A stretch of DNA of 64,000 bases from Octopus vulgaris. Taxonomy: Eukaryota. Below the pieces are notes generated by a model. That model saw nothing but the letters and a program-made list of their open reading frames with translations, ran no database searches and was not told where the DNA came from. The stretch covers positions 79,918,001 to 79,982,000 of the forward strand of contig OX597825.1 in assembly GCA_951406725.2 (NCBI GenBank), given 5' to 3'. Of this stretch, positions 30,536 through 42,774 are shown one piece after another (positions within the stretch are counted from its first letter, which is position 1; every line of letters starts with the position of its first letter). Both the position numbers and the translations under genes were made by a program.

Positions 30536-32143
30536 TCATCATCATCATCATCATCATCATCATCGTTTAACGTCCGATTTCCATGCTAGCACGGGTTGGA
30601 CAATGCGACCGAGGTCTGGGAAGCCAGGAGGCTGCACCAGGCTCCAGTCTGATCTGGCAGTGTTTCTACAGCTGGATGCCCTTCCCAACGCCAACCACTC
30701 CGTGAGTGTAGTGGGTGCTTTTTATGTGCCACCAGCACAGGTGCCAGACGAGGCTGGCAAACGGCCACGATCGGATGGTGTTTTTTACATGCCACCGGCA
30801 CAGAAGTCAGTCAAGGCGGCACTGGCATCGGCCACGTTTGGATGGTGCTTTTTACATGCCACCGGCACAGGTATCATAGCTACAATTTCCATTTGATATT
30901 CATTTTAATGTTGATGTACTTGACTCAATAGGTCTCCTCAAGCGCAGCAGGTCACCCTACGATCCAAGGTAAGCACAGCAGGATGTGTTCTGCAATCCAA
31001 GGTACTTTGGATGGGCTGGGGCTATGCGAAACTGGTGCAAGAAGCAGCCCGGATCTTTGTAGTCACAGCATATCCCCAGAGATCTCAGTCTTTCGTCATT
31101 GCCTCTGTGAGGCCCAATGTTCGAAGGTCATGTTTGACTACCTCATCCCGTGTCTTCCTGAGTCTACCTCTCCCCCTGATACCTTCAACTGTTTGAGAGT
31201 GGCACTTCACACATCTCTCCTCATCCATCCATAGTACATGACCATACCAGCGCAAACGTCTCTCTTGCACACCACATCTGATGCTTCTTGTGTCCAGCAT
31301 TTCTCTCAGGGCGCTTACACTCTGTCGTGTGTGCACACTGACATTACACATCCAGCGGATCATGCTAGCTTAATTTCTTTCAAGTCTATGCATGTCCTCT
31401 GCAGTCACAGCCCATGTTTCACTACCGTGAAGCATGGCACATCGCACGCATGCATCATACAATCTACCTTTCACTCTGAGCAAGAGACCCTTTGTCACCA
31501 GTAGGGGTAGGAGCTTTCTAAACTTTGCCCAGGCTGTTCGTGTTCTAGTGGTGACACTCTCTGAGCATCCACCTCCACTACTAACTTGGTCACCTAGGTA
31601 GCAGAAACTATCAACTACTTCTAGTTTCTTCCCCTGGAGTGTGATGGAATCTGTTTTCTAAGTATCTGTGGTGTCTATTGCCCCTGTGCATCTGCCGCAC
31701 ATGAAAGCTATCTTATCAGTTAATCTTCCTTTGATGTTGCTGCACCTCTTATGCATCCATAGCTTACACTCAGTACATCTTATGGAGTTTCTACCTACAC
31801 CTTTCCTACAGATCAAGCAGGGCCACCTGCCCGAGGGGGTGGGTGATGAGTTCGCCTTTCTGCTTACTATTACTTTGGTCTTTGCGACATTTACTCTAAG
31901 GCCCTTTGATTCTAAACCTTGCTTCCACACCCGAAATTTCTTTTCTAGTTCTGGTAGTGATTCTGCTATGAGGGCCAGGTCATCAGCATAGAGGAGCTCC
32001 AGAGGCAACCCGTCTAGAATTCCTCTGTTATTGCCTGGAGGACTATGATGAATAAAAGGGGACTGAGGACTGAACCTTGGTGGACCCCTACTTCTACCCG
32101 GAATTCTTCACTATACTCATTGCCAATCCTAACCTTGCTGACA
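30536..32143 (-). mobile_element. 5'-truncated RTE LINE including the RT catalytic region
   Basis: GVHQGSVLSPLLF, ELLYADDLALIAES and a PHD-like insert; (CAT)n tail. Confidence 0.95.
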
Positions 32144-32157
32144 GATGTATATATATG

Positions 32158-32225
<68 letters not shown>

Positions 32226-32472
32226 AGTGTGTGTGTGTGTGTGTTTGTGTGTATATATATCTGTTCATCATCTGATGTTATCATAAACTATTTCTTGTTT
32301 CCAAGAATTTATTCCATACTAAATGGTTCGTCCAAATTGTGATAGCATCAGTGATTGAAATGAACAATCCTTATATGAAACAGGATTGGACTTCTCAAAT
32401 CAATAATAATGTTCGAGTGTTTCAGAGATATTTTTGCCAATTTTTAATTAAAATTTTGTCTTTACTTTTTAG

Positions 32473-32514
32473 AGAAAATACATTGTAATGAAACAAATTT
32501 CTCTGTAAAAATAG
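32473..32514 (+). CDS. Novel type I membrane protein, exon 10 (juxtamembrane stalk)
   Basis: Acceptor ttttgtctttactttttag, donor TAG|GTAATT; 42 nt, phase 1->1; EKIHCNETNFSVKI with two N-glycosylation sequons. Confidence 0.65.
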
Positions 32515-33753
32515 GTAATTATTTTTATTTTCTCATGTATCATCTCATAAATTTTGTTTATCAAGTTTTCATTTTGCAACCACATTGGCACGTGTCATTC
32601 AATATAGCTCTGGGCCAACAAACTAATGCCTTATGAGTGTATTTGGAAGTTAGAGACTTTGTGATTATTCGCTGACTATCATTGGAATGGTATCCACTTA
32701 ATGTCAAGTATTGAAAATCTGTCACATCATATCATGGTTTGATAGCTATGGAAACTGGTTCATACTTTGCAAACATGATTTTATGATTGGGAGAGGTCTT
32801 TTCTCAAAACTCAACTCTAAATTCAATGACAATTTAATAACTGCATCAAGAATATTTGAATGAGTTTAACCTTTTGTTACCACATTACTATTCAAATAGT
32901 CTTTGTTTTAATTAATGAAGAATTCAGTTGAATAAATTTGTCCTTCTTAAGCTGATGTTTCGCATTTTAATAACTGCTCAAAGAATATCTGAATGAAGAA
33001 CAGAGAGTTAAGTGAAGTTAACAAACTTAATGTAGTAACACACCCACACCAAAATATCTAATTAACTCTTAATATCATACTGAAAACTGTCCAAGTCAAA
33101 GTCCAGCTTTGTAATGATTCTGTGAAAGAACAAATTGATTGAGAAGGGATTAGAGTTTTCTCCCTTACATTAGACAGTTTCTCATTTCCTTCAGAATGGA
33201 TTCTTTTACCTTTTACTTGTTTCAGTCATTAGACTGTGGCCTTGCTGGGGTACCACCTTGAGAAATTTTAGTGAAACTAAATGACACCAGCACTTAATAT
33301 CCTTTTCAAGCCTAGTACTTATTCTATCAGTCTCTCTTGCCAAACTGTTAAGTTATGAGGACATAAATACACCAACACCAGTTGTCAAGTGGTGGCTGGG
33401 AATGTACACAGACACATACATATGTATATTAATATATATAGTAACAAAAAAGAGAGGAGGAGATTTTCAGTTATCACCACGTGGTGAGTTGTAATGCAAA
33501 TATATATATATATATTTATATATAGTAAGAGAAGGAAAATGCACACATTTTACATAGTTTTAATATATTTCTAAGTGAAAGAGTATTGTGTTTGTTGACT
33601 AGTTTCGCTTTCGCTAATCACAACATTGAAATTATTGTAATTTTGTATTTTCTTAAGAAGATTTAGTCCATGTTGTGTATGGAGAAGTTTGTGAATGATT
33701 CATTCACAAACTTCACACACAACATGAACTAAAATCTTCTTAAGAAGATAGAT

Positions 33754-33784
<31 letters not shown>

Positions 33785-33928
33785 TATATGTCCAGCCATC
33801 TGTCCATTCATCCATCTATCTATCTATCTGACAGGTTTCTTTCAGTTTCTGTTTATCAAATCCACTAACAAGGTTTTGATCAGCCCAAGTAGGAGACACT
33901 TGCCCTTTTAATTATATTAGTAATTTTA

Positions 33929-34125
33929 AGGTGGTGAGCTGGCAGAAACATTAGAACGCTGGGCGAATTGCTTAGTGATATTTCATCTGTCTTTACATTG
34001 TGGGTTCAAATTCTGCTGAGGTCAACTTTGCCTTTCATCTTTTTGGGGTCAATAGATTAAGTACCAGTTGCATACTGGGGTCGATCTAATTGACTGGCCC
34101 CCTCCCACAAAATTTCAGGCTTTAT
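33929..34125 (+). mobile_element. Nin-domain tRNA SINE
   Basis: ggtggtgagctggcagaaac head and cctttcatc...ggggtcaata...gtaccag domain. Confidence 0.75.
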
Positions 34126-34239
34126 GTAATTTTTTATGATGATAAATTTGGTTTTGATTATTGAGATACGTATATTAAATTCTGTTCAAACTTATATAAA
34201 TTATCGTTTATATGAGTATCTTATTGTTTTCTCCTTTAG

Positions 34240-34303
34240 TTATTGGCCTCTCTGCAGTCCTCATGTCATTTTTGATCATCATCATCATCATTCTCTGTAT
34301 CAG
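34240..34303 (+). CDS. Novel type I membrane protein, exon 11 (transmembrane helix)
   Basis: Acceptor ttgttttctcctttag, donor CAG|GTAAAG; 64 nt, phase 1->2; VIGLSAVLMSFLIIIIIILCI followed by R. Confidence 0.85.
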
Positions 34304-34439
34304 GTAAAGCTTGTATATTATCAATCTTTATTCTCAGTCTATTTCCTTTTTGTGTTTGTATGTGTGTAGACATGTGTGTAAGTGCATATGTGTGTTTGAA
34401 TTTGTCTGTGTGTGAATTGTCTCCTCAAAGAATTGCTTG

Positions 34440-34620
34440 CATTTACTGTCAAACAAAACTCTTCCTCCACAGAGTTGAAGGTTTGTCCATTTAATGAATT
34501 TTGAAGAGACTGAAATAGGTAGAAATCTGAAGGCACCAGTTCAGGTGAATTTTGAGGGTGTGACATACTAACCCAGCCAATCCCTAGTAAATTCTGTCAT
34601 GTCTGCAAAAAAGTGTGGCA
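34440..34620 (-). mobile_element. mariner (DD34D) transposase fragment
   Basis: HPQNSPELVPSDFYLFQSLQNSLNG resembles HPPYSPDLAPSDYHLFRSL. Confidence 0.75.
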
Positions 34621-34646
34621 TTGTCCTAATGACAGACATTACCCTA

Positions 34647-34681
<35 letters not shown>

Positions 34682-35515
34682 CATACAAATAAATATATAT
34701 ATACATATACATACATACATACATATATATATACATACATGGTGGCTGCCCCCTCCATATCGAGTATAGCCATTGCGCGAAGCTTAATAAATGTTGTTAT
34801 CGTGCAATGCCTGTGCAAGAAGACTTTTTTTAAAGTGAGGAAAGGCTGTGCACTGAGTCAGTCCCACTCACTAAGCAACAGCAGCCATAATCCGAAAAGA
34901 AGAACAAGTCAACATCATCAGTAACCACTGAGCCGCAGGTTTTATGTCGGAGTTATCCCAGTTACCTGAGTTATCTTCTCCTAGAAGGATGCCCTAACAA
35001 AGGCTAGGAGTCCTTCATTCTCAATGGTTTAACCGCACGATCGGGTATTCAGTCTGATTATTTCTATGTCCCCGCGCATGATACAGTCTTAAGCCTTAAG
35101 AGAGAAAAAAAAATACACATTTATTGGATGGCCGTTGACTCTCAAGAGTTCCTCCGCCCTTTGACAGGTTTTGTTTTTCATCCCACAGGGTGTCCAATAA
35201 ACACCCTCCTCACCAAGCAAGCTTGGTGGGGTTGCCGGTTTAGTCGCCGACGACCTGACCATACAACAGGTTGTACTGGGTTACATGTTACCAGTAGCAC
35301 TCGAAAGTGACCTGACATACATACATACATACATACATACATACATACATACATACATACATACATACATACACACACACATAATACACACACACACACA
35401 TATATATATTGATCCGGTTCTTGACTGAAGATTGAAGGCTTCGAATGTCCCGTCCGTGTTTTTTGTATCATCTAAATGTTTTACGTTCTTGTCCCAGTTT
35501 GTATTTTTCTACATA

Positions 35516-35584
<69 letters not shown>

Positions 35585-35586
<2 letters not shown>

Positions 35587-35785
35587 CAGTTGCAAGGTGT
35601 TTACAGTTTCATATTTACCTTTAAATTAACATTTAATACATGTGCTTAATCATCATCATCATCATCATCATCATCGTTTAAGCGGACGTTAAACGATGAT
35701 GATGATGATGATGATGATGATTAAGCACATGTATTAAATGTTAATTTAAAGGTAAATATGAAACTGTAAACACCTTGCAACTGCT
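35585..35785. repeat. Perfect 97-bp inverted repeat with a 7-nt loop
   Basis: Arms 35585-35681 and 35689-35785 are exact reverse complements; loop GCGGACG. Confidence 0.97.
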
Positions 35786-37000
35786 GTGATAATTATTAAC
35801 TGGTAATTGCATGGTAAATGTGTATTTTTATACACTTTGGACCTGCCACCTCATTGTTTTTGGTCAAGAGTTTCGCCTCCAGCTATTCGTTATGTCAGTC
35901 AACACATACACTGACACACCATTCTGCTGTGGTGGTCGTAAACACGGAAAGTTGCTGATGTGTAATGTTGTTCATATTAGGATCTAGATTATTCATTTAT
36001 TTCAAATATAATAGAAATAAGGTGATCTTAATGTTATCACATTAGAATTAAAAGTGAAACAATAGTATAGCTTTATCACATTATAGATGATAAGCAGCTT
36101 TCTTTATTATAGTACAGATGTGACTAATTCGGTGAAACATTACTTTCATTATTGAAACATCGTCACTCTCGTAATGCAACACTTTGTAATTTTGGTTGAA
36201 ATTGAAAGTATGAAACTATTTTCACTTTCTAATGAAACCTGTCATTGCAGAGCAGTGTCTTTCAAATAACTATATCTAGTTGTTGAAATAATATAGAATA
36301 TATGTAAATGAAAATATAATTTATTTGGTAGCCAAAATACTACTGAATATTTTGATACCCCATATATCAAAATGGGCAACACAATATTGGAATGCATAAG
36401 GAACATATGTGCATGCACACACACATGCACACATTCTCTCTCTCTTTCACTTTTAGAGCATATGTAAGGTATGAAACACCAGCATTTCTCTGTCATCCAC
36501 TATCCTTGTCTTTCATCTTCTAGAGAAACTTGTTTTCTGTCTCTGTTTCTTTCTCTTGTCTCTGTCTTTTTCTCGTTTTGTATTTCTCCTGCTCATTCAG
36601 TAAAAATTTATTTGAAGAGAGCAGAAATTGAAAGAGAAAGCAAAAAAGACAAAGAGAAAGAAAGTGAAGGAGATGAGATAGTGAAAGATGTATGTACATG
36701 TATATGAAATGGACATGTGTGTGTGTGTGTGTGCGTGCATGCCTATGTGAGAGAGAGAGAGAGAGAGACAAATAGAGTGAGTGGGATTCACACAGACAGG
36801 CAGACATTCTCATCTTTATATATAGATAAATTACATAATTGATTAATCTGCATATATATGATCAAAACATTAAAAACTCATTCTCTTTACTGAGTGTCGA
36901 GCTAATACATTCCATGTGCATGTCCTCTTGTTGTCTGTTAATTTTATTATTTGTTTAATTGAATTGACTCTCACTGTCTCGCTGTCTCTCTGTATGTATG

Positions 37001-37057
<57 letters not shown>

Positions 37058-37345
37058 CGCTAAATGATGATGATGATATATGTATATATATATGCATGCC
37101 CACAAGCAAGCATATATGTACATACACAAGCTCACATATGTATGTATACATACATATGTGGGTGTTTGTGAGCACATGTATAAGACAAGAAAGATCGGAG
37201 AGAGATGGGAAGAGAGAAAGAGTGAGAGAGAAATATTTTCATCCAAATTATACATACATACATACATACATACAGACATACATGCACATCTATACACACA
37301 GGTACGCACACACACGCATATACACATATATATTGTCTATTGCAG

Positions 37346-37604
37346 ATATAATATACTCAAAAACAAAATACACAAAGATCACATGCCAGCACATCAAGTC
37401 AATCAAGTCAATCAAGCTGATCAAATTGATCAAATTGATGATATCGATCAAGCAGATGAAGCCCTTCCTGCAGAGAATATCTGTCGTGCCGTGCAAAACT
37501 CTGATTCAGTTTATGGCAATGAAATTGAATTAGAATTATACTCTCTACAGCAAAACCCTAGAGGTCCATGTGAAAATGAAGATCCAAGAGCAACATTACA
37601 TTAA
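37346..37604 (+). CDS. Novel type I membrane protein, exon 12 (cytoplasmic tail, stop)
   Basis: Acceptor tattgtctattgcag, phase 2; RYNILKNKIHK (basic stop-transfer), QVN/QAD/QID triplet repeats, VYGNE and LYSL motifs; TAA at 37602-37604. Confidence 0.8.
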
Positions 37605-37899
37605 TTGGAATCAATGACATAAATGGAAATGTAGTGCTATAGATGGAAATCCCACCTCAACCCATCGATAATCCTGATACTGAACAACTCTACACACAAT
37701 TTATCACACACACACATGTAAGTACCCAAAAGTAGCCAGAAACATTCTCTGTGGGACAAGCACATTGTAGTTCAGGCTTCCATCACTAAAAGCCACTTGA
37801 TATGACTCTCAGACATCAGTCTGACAACTGGTATTGTTGGGTGTGGTCATACTGCTACGTGGAGCATCTATGTTGTGCAGTGATCCTCCCCTGTTCATT

Positions 37900-38560
37900 G
37901 ATTTTTGTGTTGGTTGAAATGAAAGAACAGCATGATTCTGTGAAATACTGTTTTCTACTGGGGAAAACAGTGACTGAAACAGTTATCATGTCACAAACAG
38001 TTTACAAGGAAGCTGCCATGAGCAAGACACAAGTTTATGAGTGGTTTTCATGTTTTAGGAATGGCCACTTGTTGCTTGAAGACCAACGTTGTTCAGGACA
38101 TCCATCAACCTCCTGAATGAATGAAAATATCATGAAAATTCATGAACTGATCTTGGCAGACTGTCATCGAACAATTGATGAACTTGTTGATATGACTTGT
38201 GTGTCCTGGAGCTCCTGCCAACGAATTTTTGACAACAAAATGCAAATGGAAAGAGTTGCAACAAAATTTGTACCTCGCTTGCTTATGAAAGATCAAAAGC
38301 AGTCACAACTGAATGTGTGTTATGAACTGAAAAGAGAGTGGGAAATTGATCTGGACCTTTTTTTGAAGGTCATCACTGGTATGAAAGCTGGTGCTATGGA
38401 ATTTGCAGTTGTGGAAGAGGTGAACAAAAAAAACAACAGAGGTGTTAAAAGAGTTCCAGCACTGCTTCAAACAGTGAAAGACATGTCTGGACTGATGTAT
38501 TGCTTTAAACATGTAAAACTAAGTGAATAAAATCATATTGTAAAATTCCGGTTTCTTTTG
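37900..38560 (+). mobile_element. mariner transposase relic (N-terminal HTH region)
   Basis: VKYCFLLGKTVTET...MSKTQVYEWFSCFRNG and ATKFVPRLL...FLKVITG. Confidence 0.8.
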
Positions 38561-38992
38561 TGTACCCCCTTGTGTGTGTATGTGTGTGTGTGTGTATGTG
38601 TGTGTGTATGTATATATGGATTAACTATATGCGTGTATGTATATATATATATATACAAAGTGAGATAGGGGTTATGAGTGTAACCCACTATGGGATATCA
38701 GTTATCCAATATACTGCTGGTGAAGCACCCAAATGCCAAATACATAAATGCTTATAATTGCAATGCAATTAATTCATTTATTGCATTAGATGGGTGAAGG
38801 TAAAATATTTTACCTCAAATTCATAATACAAATAAGAAAATGGAGGAACAAATTCATTTCAATCATCAACTTACAGATATTACTAATTCCTATTATTTAT
38901 TAACTACATAAATAGGAACATCCAAATCCAACAAAACAATATATATCAATATGTAAGATAATAATACCATAAGAATAATACACATAAAATGG

Positions 38993-39084
38993 ATCTTACA
39001 GCTGTTTCAGCCTGTAGATAAAGGTATCTCATTCTGCCTATATTAGTCAGATGTATTGAGATAATATGCAGTTAAAAATGAGTT

Positions 39085-39122
<38 letters not shown>

Positions 39123-39140
39123 CAAGGCCTCGTCAGAGAT
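38993..39140 (-). ncRNA. Type I minimal hammerhead ribozyme motif (Penelope-type) with a long stem II loop
   Basis: Minus strand: ATCT-CTGACGA-GGCCT...AGGCT-GAAAC-AGCT-GTA-AGAT. 4-bp stem I, intact core boxes, palindromic loop III. Confidence 0.65.
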
Positions 39141-39198
39141 TATAAAGTACAAGTATAAAAATGCAAATAGAAATATGAAACAAAATTTACATGCACAA

Positions 39199-39253
<55 letters not shown>

Positions 39254-39257
39254 AGTG

Positions 39258-39296
<39 letters not shown>

Positions 39297-42200
39297 AAAA
39301 AATGAAGTTCGAAAATGCTGCTGTATTATACAATTTTTAATTTTTATATATACATTATAACATGTTTCAGTTCCTGAAATGAACCTTATCAAAAAAAGTT
39401 ATATATAAAAAAAGACAGCTCATGCCGTCAAACACAAGAAATTCATTTATAATACACAACGGAGTCAGACATCTTAGAGTTCATGTATAGTTGATATATA
39501 GTTTGAAGTAAGTTCATTCATGCTATATGTTCAAAGTGTTCGATGCAGTGGCCCACGGTGGCGATACGTATTCAATACAAAAAAACAGATCAAAGTGGTG
39601 GAAAGCGGTCAATACAGAAGATTGATGTTTCCGAAAGAGCGAGGAATTCATTTTTACCTTAAGCAATTGTGATGACCCATGGTGGATAATAATATACATA
39701 CACATAAGGTTACAGATAATCAAAGATATATACTGGAGTATACATATACATCCACATCAATGGGTACATATACAATGTTCATTACATTACCAAAACTATT
39801 AATATTATTATTATCATTAATAATACTAATATTGAATTATGTGCATTCTGCTATTCACAATACATAGTAAATGGAAAATACCACATAGAATATAGTACAA
39901 TATAATATAGTATAATATAATATAATATAGTATAACATAATATATAGACAGACGTTTATGAAAGATGCAAGCACATTAATTCAACAAATAATGTCATTAT
40001 ATTCATATATCATACAGTCAAAATCGAAACTTCAGTCTTATTCTGCATACATATATATATACACAAGTAACAAACACATGCATACGCATATACATACATG
40101 CACATAGGTAGCCCAAACTGTGCCAGTGCTTTATTTAACACATCAGCACACTAACATATATTCATTAGTCCAAAAATATTCCCACCCCTACACATATCAA
40201 GTCATAATTGACAGAAAAATAATTTGATGAAATTTTATTTAACAATAAGAAAATTCCAATATCTTATGTCTGTGCATAATGCAAAATGCAAAAAATCCTT
40301 CAAAATAATGCTTTTTTTATGAGTACTACCAGATTACTTGAATCCATATATTGTGTATATTGTGACTTATATATATATATATATATATACATACAACACA
40401 TATATATATAAGATTAGTAGAGTTAGCGGTTGGAATAACAGTCTAAGGGATAAAATATCCATTTTACTACCAGTATAATTACCTATATCAACCCTAGGCA
40501 TACATATGTGAGCATATTATGCTCATAGGATACAGGCAATGACAAAGATAGACATTAGTTTATCAGGTATCAAGGTTAAATTAAGCAGAAAATGGAGAAA
40601 TCTTGATCAACAACAATTGACTAATATCGATTATTATTTTTTAAGATAAAACTTTATCCCATCTGACAGCCATTTCTGCTTCCAATGTCCTATGGTATTG
40701 CCATTGCAAATTCTGAGAATAATATTTGTCATATTTTGTAAAACATCTGATCTGGAACATGGAGCTTTATCAGAGTGAAGAAAAATACATAAGAGAAAAG
40801 AAAAGAAAAGAGAAGAGGAAGAGCCTCGAGAAGAAGAATGAAGGCTTAATATATTTAAATCATACCATTTTGTAGAGTAACGCTACAGGACATTGAGTAA
40901 ATGACTTAACTAGAAATATTCATGGGAGGGTTAATCTTTCTTTAGGGGTAACAGGGTGTATAAATAATAATAAAAAAGTAAAATACTTTACAATAATGGA
41001 ATACGACAATAGGTCTAGGAAAAGTGGGAGTGATAGTGACGTAACGTTTAGAAGTAATCATAATAGTTCTTAAGATGATATTAATAGTACAAATTAATAG
41101 TTTATCCTAATAAAATGCCCATCAATTAATTACAAATTATTTACTTACTGATATGTTATAAAGACCAACCACCTATTACCAATAATAGGATTGACCAAAG
41201 TCCAACTTTCGATATAATTGGTCAGTTAAATTTAAAAATGAAAGGCAAGCTATTAAGGCTGTTATATGGATAGATGTAAATAAAAAAAAATTTTTATATA
41301 TATATAGTGATATGAATATTGCCCTGATCAGATGGAGAAGAACTGTGAGGTTCTGATGCTTCAGTTTATGTTTGTTGATGTATGTGAATCTCACTGGTTC
41401 CACCGATGAGTATTTACTTCTATCAACTGAACTATTTACACATTGAAAAATGAGTTAGTGCATACGTGATCAAGTATTGCACGAAGACAAATAACTTAAT
41501 GTAATCCTCAAGAAAGAATTGGCATGACAAAGTGTGTGATGAGGTTAAAGCTTTAAAGTAAATGCACAATCCACTCTACAAGCTTCCACACAGTTTCCAT
41601 CAACCTAGTTTCATTCACAAAGCTCGATTCAACATGAAGCTATGATAAAAAAAGAATCTACCAAAGATGGCATGCAGTGGAATTGAACCTTGGTGACCGT
41701 GATTATGTGGTGGATTTTTAACTACCCAACCGGGCAGTTACAGAAAATTTAATATACACCAGTAAATACACCAGATAAGGGGAGTTGACTCTAAAATTAA
41801 AAATTTTAATTTGTTCTCCTTCCCTACAGTGGTTCACAACCTTTTATTATTGTAATCCATTTTGACAAATTATGAATTCTCTCTCACCCTACCTTAAAAA
41901 AAAACATTTAAACAAAAATAAAAGTTTCTGAAGATTTAATAAAACTAATACTTGATACATTTCAGAGTGAAATACTGCTCAGTTTTGTCTACTGTAAATG
42001 TATTGCAGTATTTATGTTACATCATTATTGTTTAATGTCTGCATTCCATGCTGGCATCGGTGGGAATACTTATGGGTTATTGTATAACATGTATGTGCTA
42101 TGTGTGTGTGTGTGTGTTAACGTTTACATTTCAAGTATCTTCACATAAGATTGCTTCAAGAAACACAATATCATGTTTACATCCCATATAAATAATATGT

Positions 42201-42482
42201 CCTACATATCAGCAACTTTGATATGTGAAGGCCAGGGAAATGCTCAGAATAAGAACACTTTCTACTTTTTGCACAAGGCCAGCAAGTTTTGAAGTGAGGG
42301 ACAAGTGGATTATACTGACCCCAATACTTGAATAGTATTTTGACCCCCAAATGATGGAAGATGAAGTCGATCCTGTCAGGAATTGAACTCAGAATACCAC
42401 TAAAAGTTTTGTCTGATGGGATAATGAAACTGCTGGCTTGCTGCTGTTTTAATAATTGCTCATATATAATAATAATAACTCT

Positions 42483-42714
42483 TATTTCTTTATTGCCCAC
42501 AAGGGGCTAAACATAGAGGGGACAAACAAGGACAGACAAAGGGATTAAGTCGATTACATCGACTCCAGTGCGTAACTGGTAATTAATTTATCGAGCCCGA
42601 AAGGATGAAAGGCAAAGTCGACCTCGGCGGAATTTGAACTCAGAACATAGTAGCAGATGAAATACCGTTAAGCATTTTGCCCAGCGTGCAAACATTTCTG
42701 CCAGCTCGCCGCCT
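42483..42714 (-). mobile_element. Young Nin-domain tRNA SINE
   Basis: Reverse complement of the 48005 SINE head and unit; embedded in (TAA)n. Confidence 0.85.
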
Positions 42715-42774
42715 TAATAATAATAATGATAATAATAATATTCTGCTCATATGTGTGTGTGTGAGTGATCAGAG

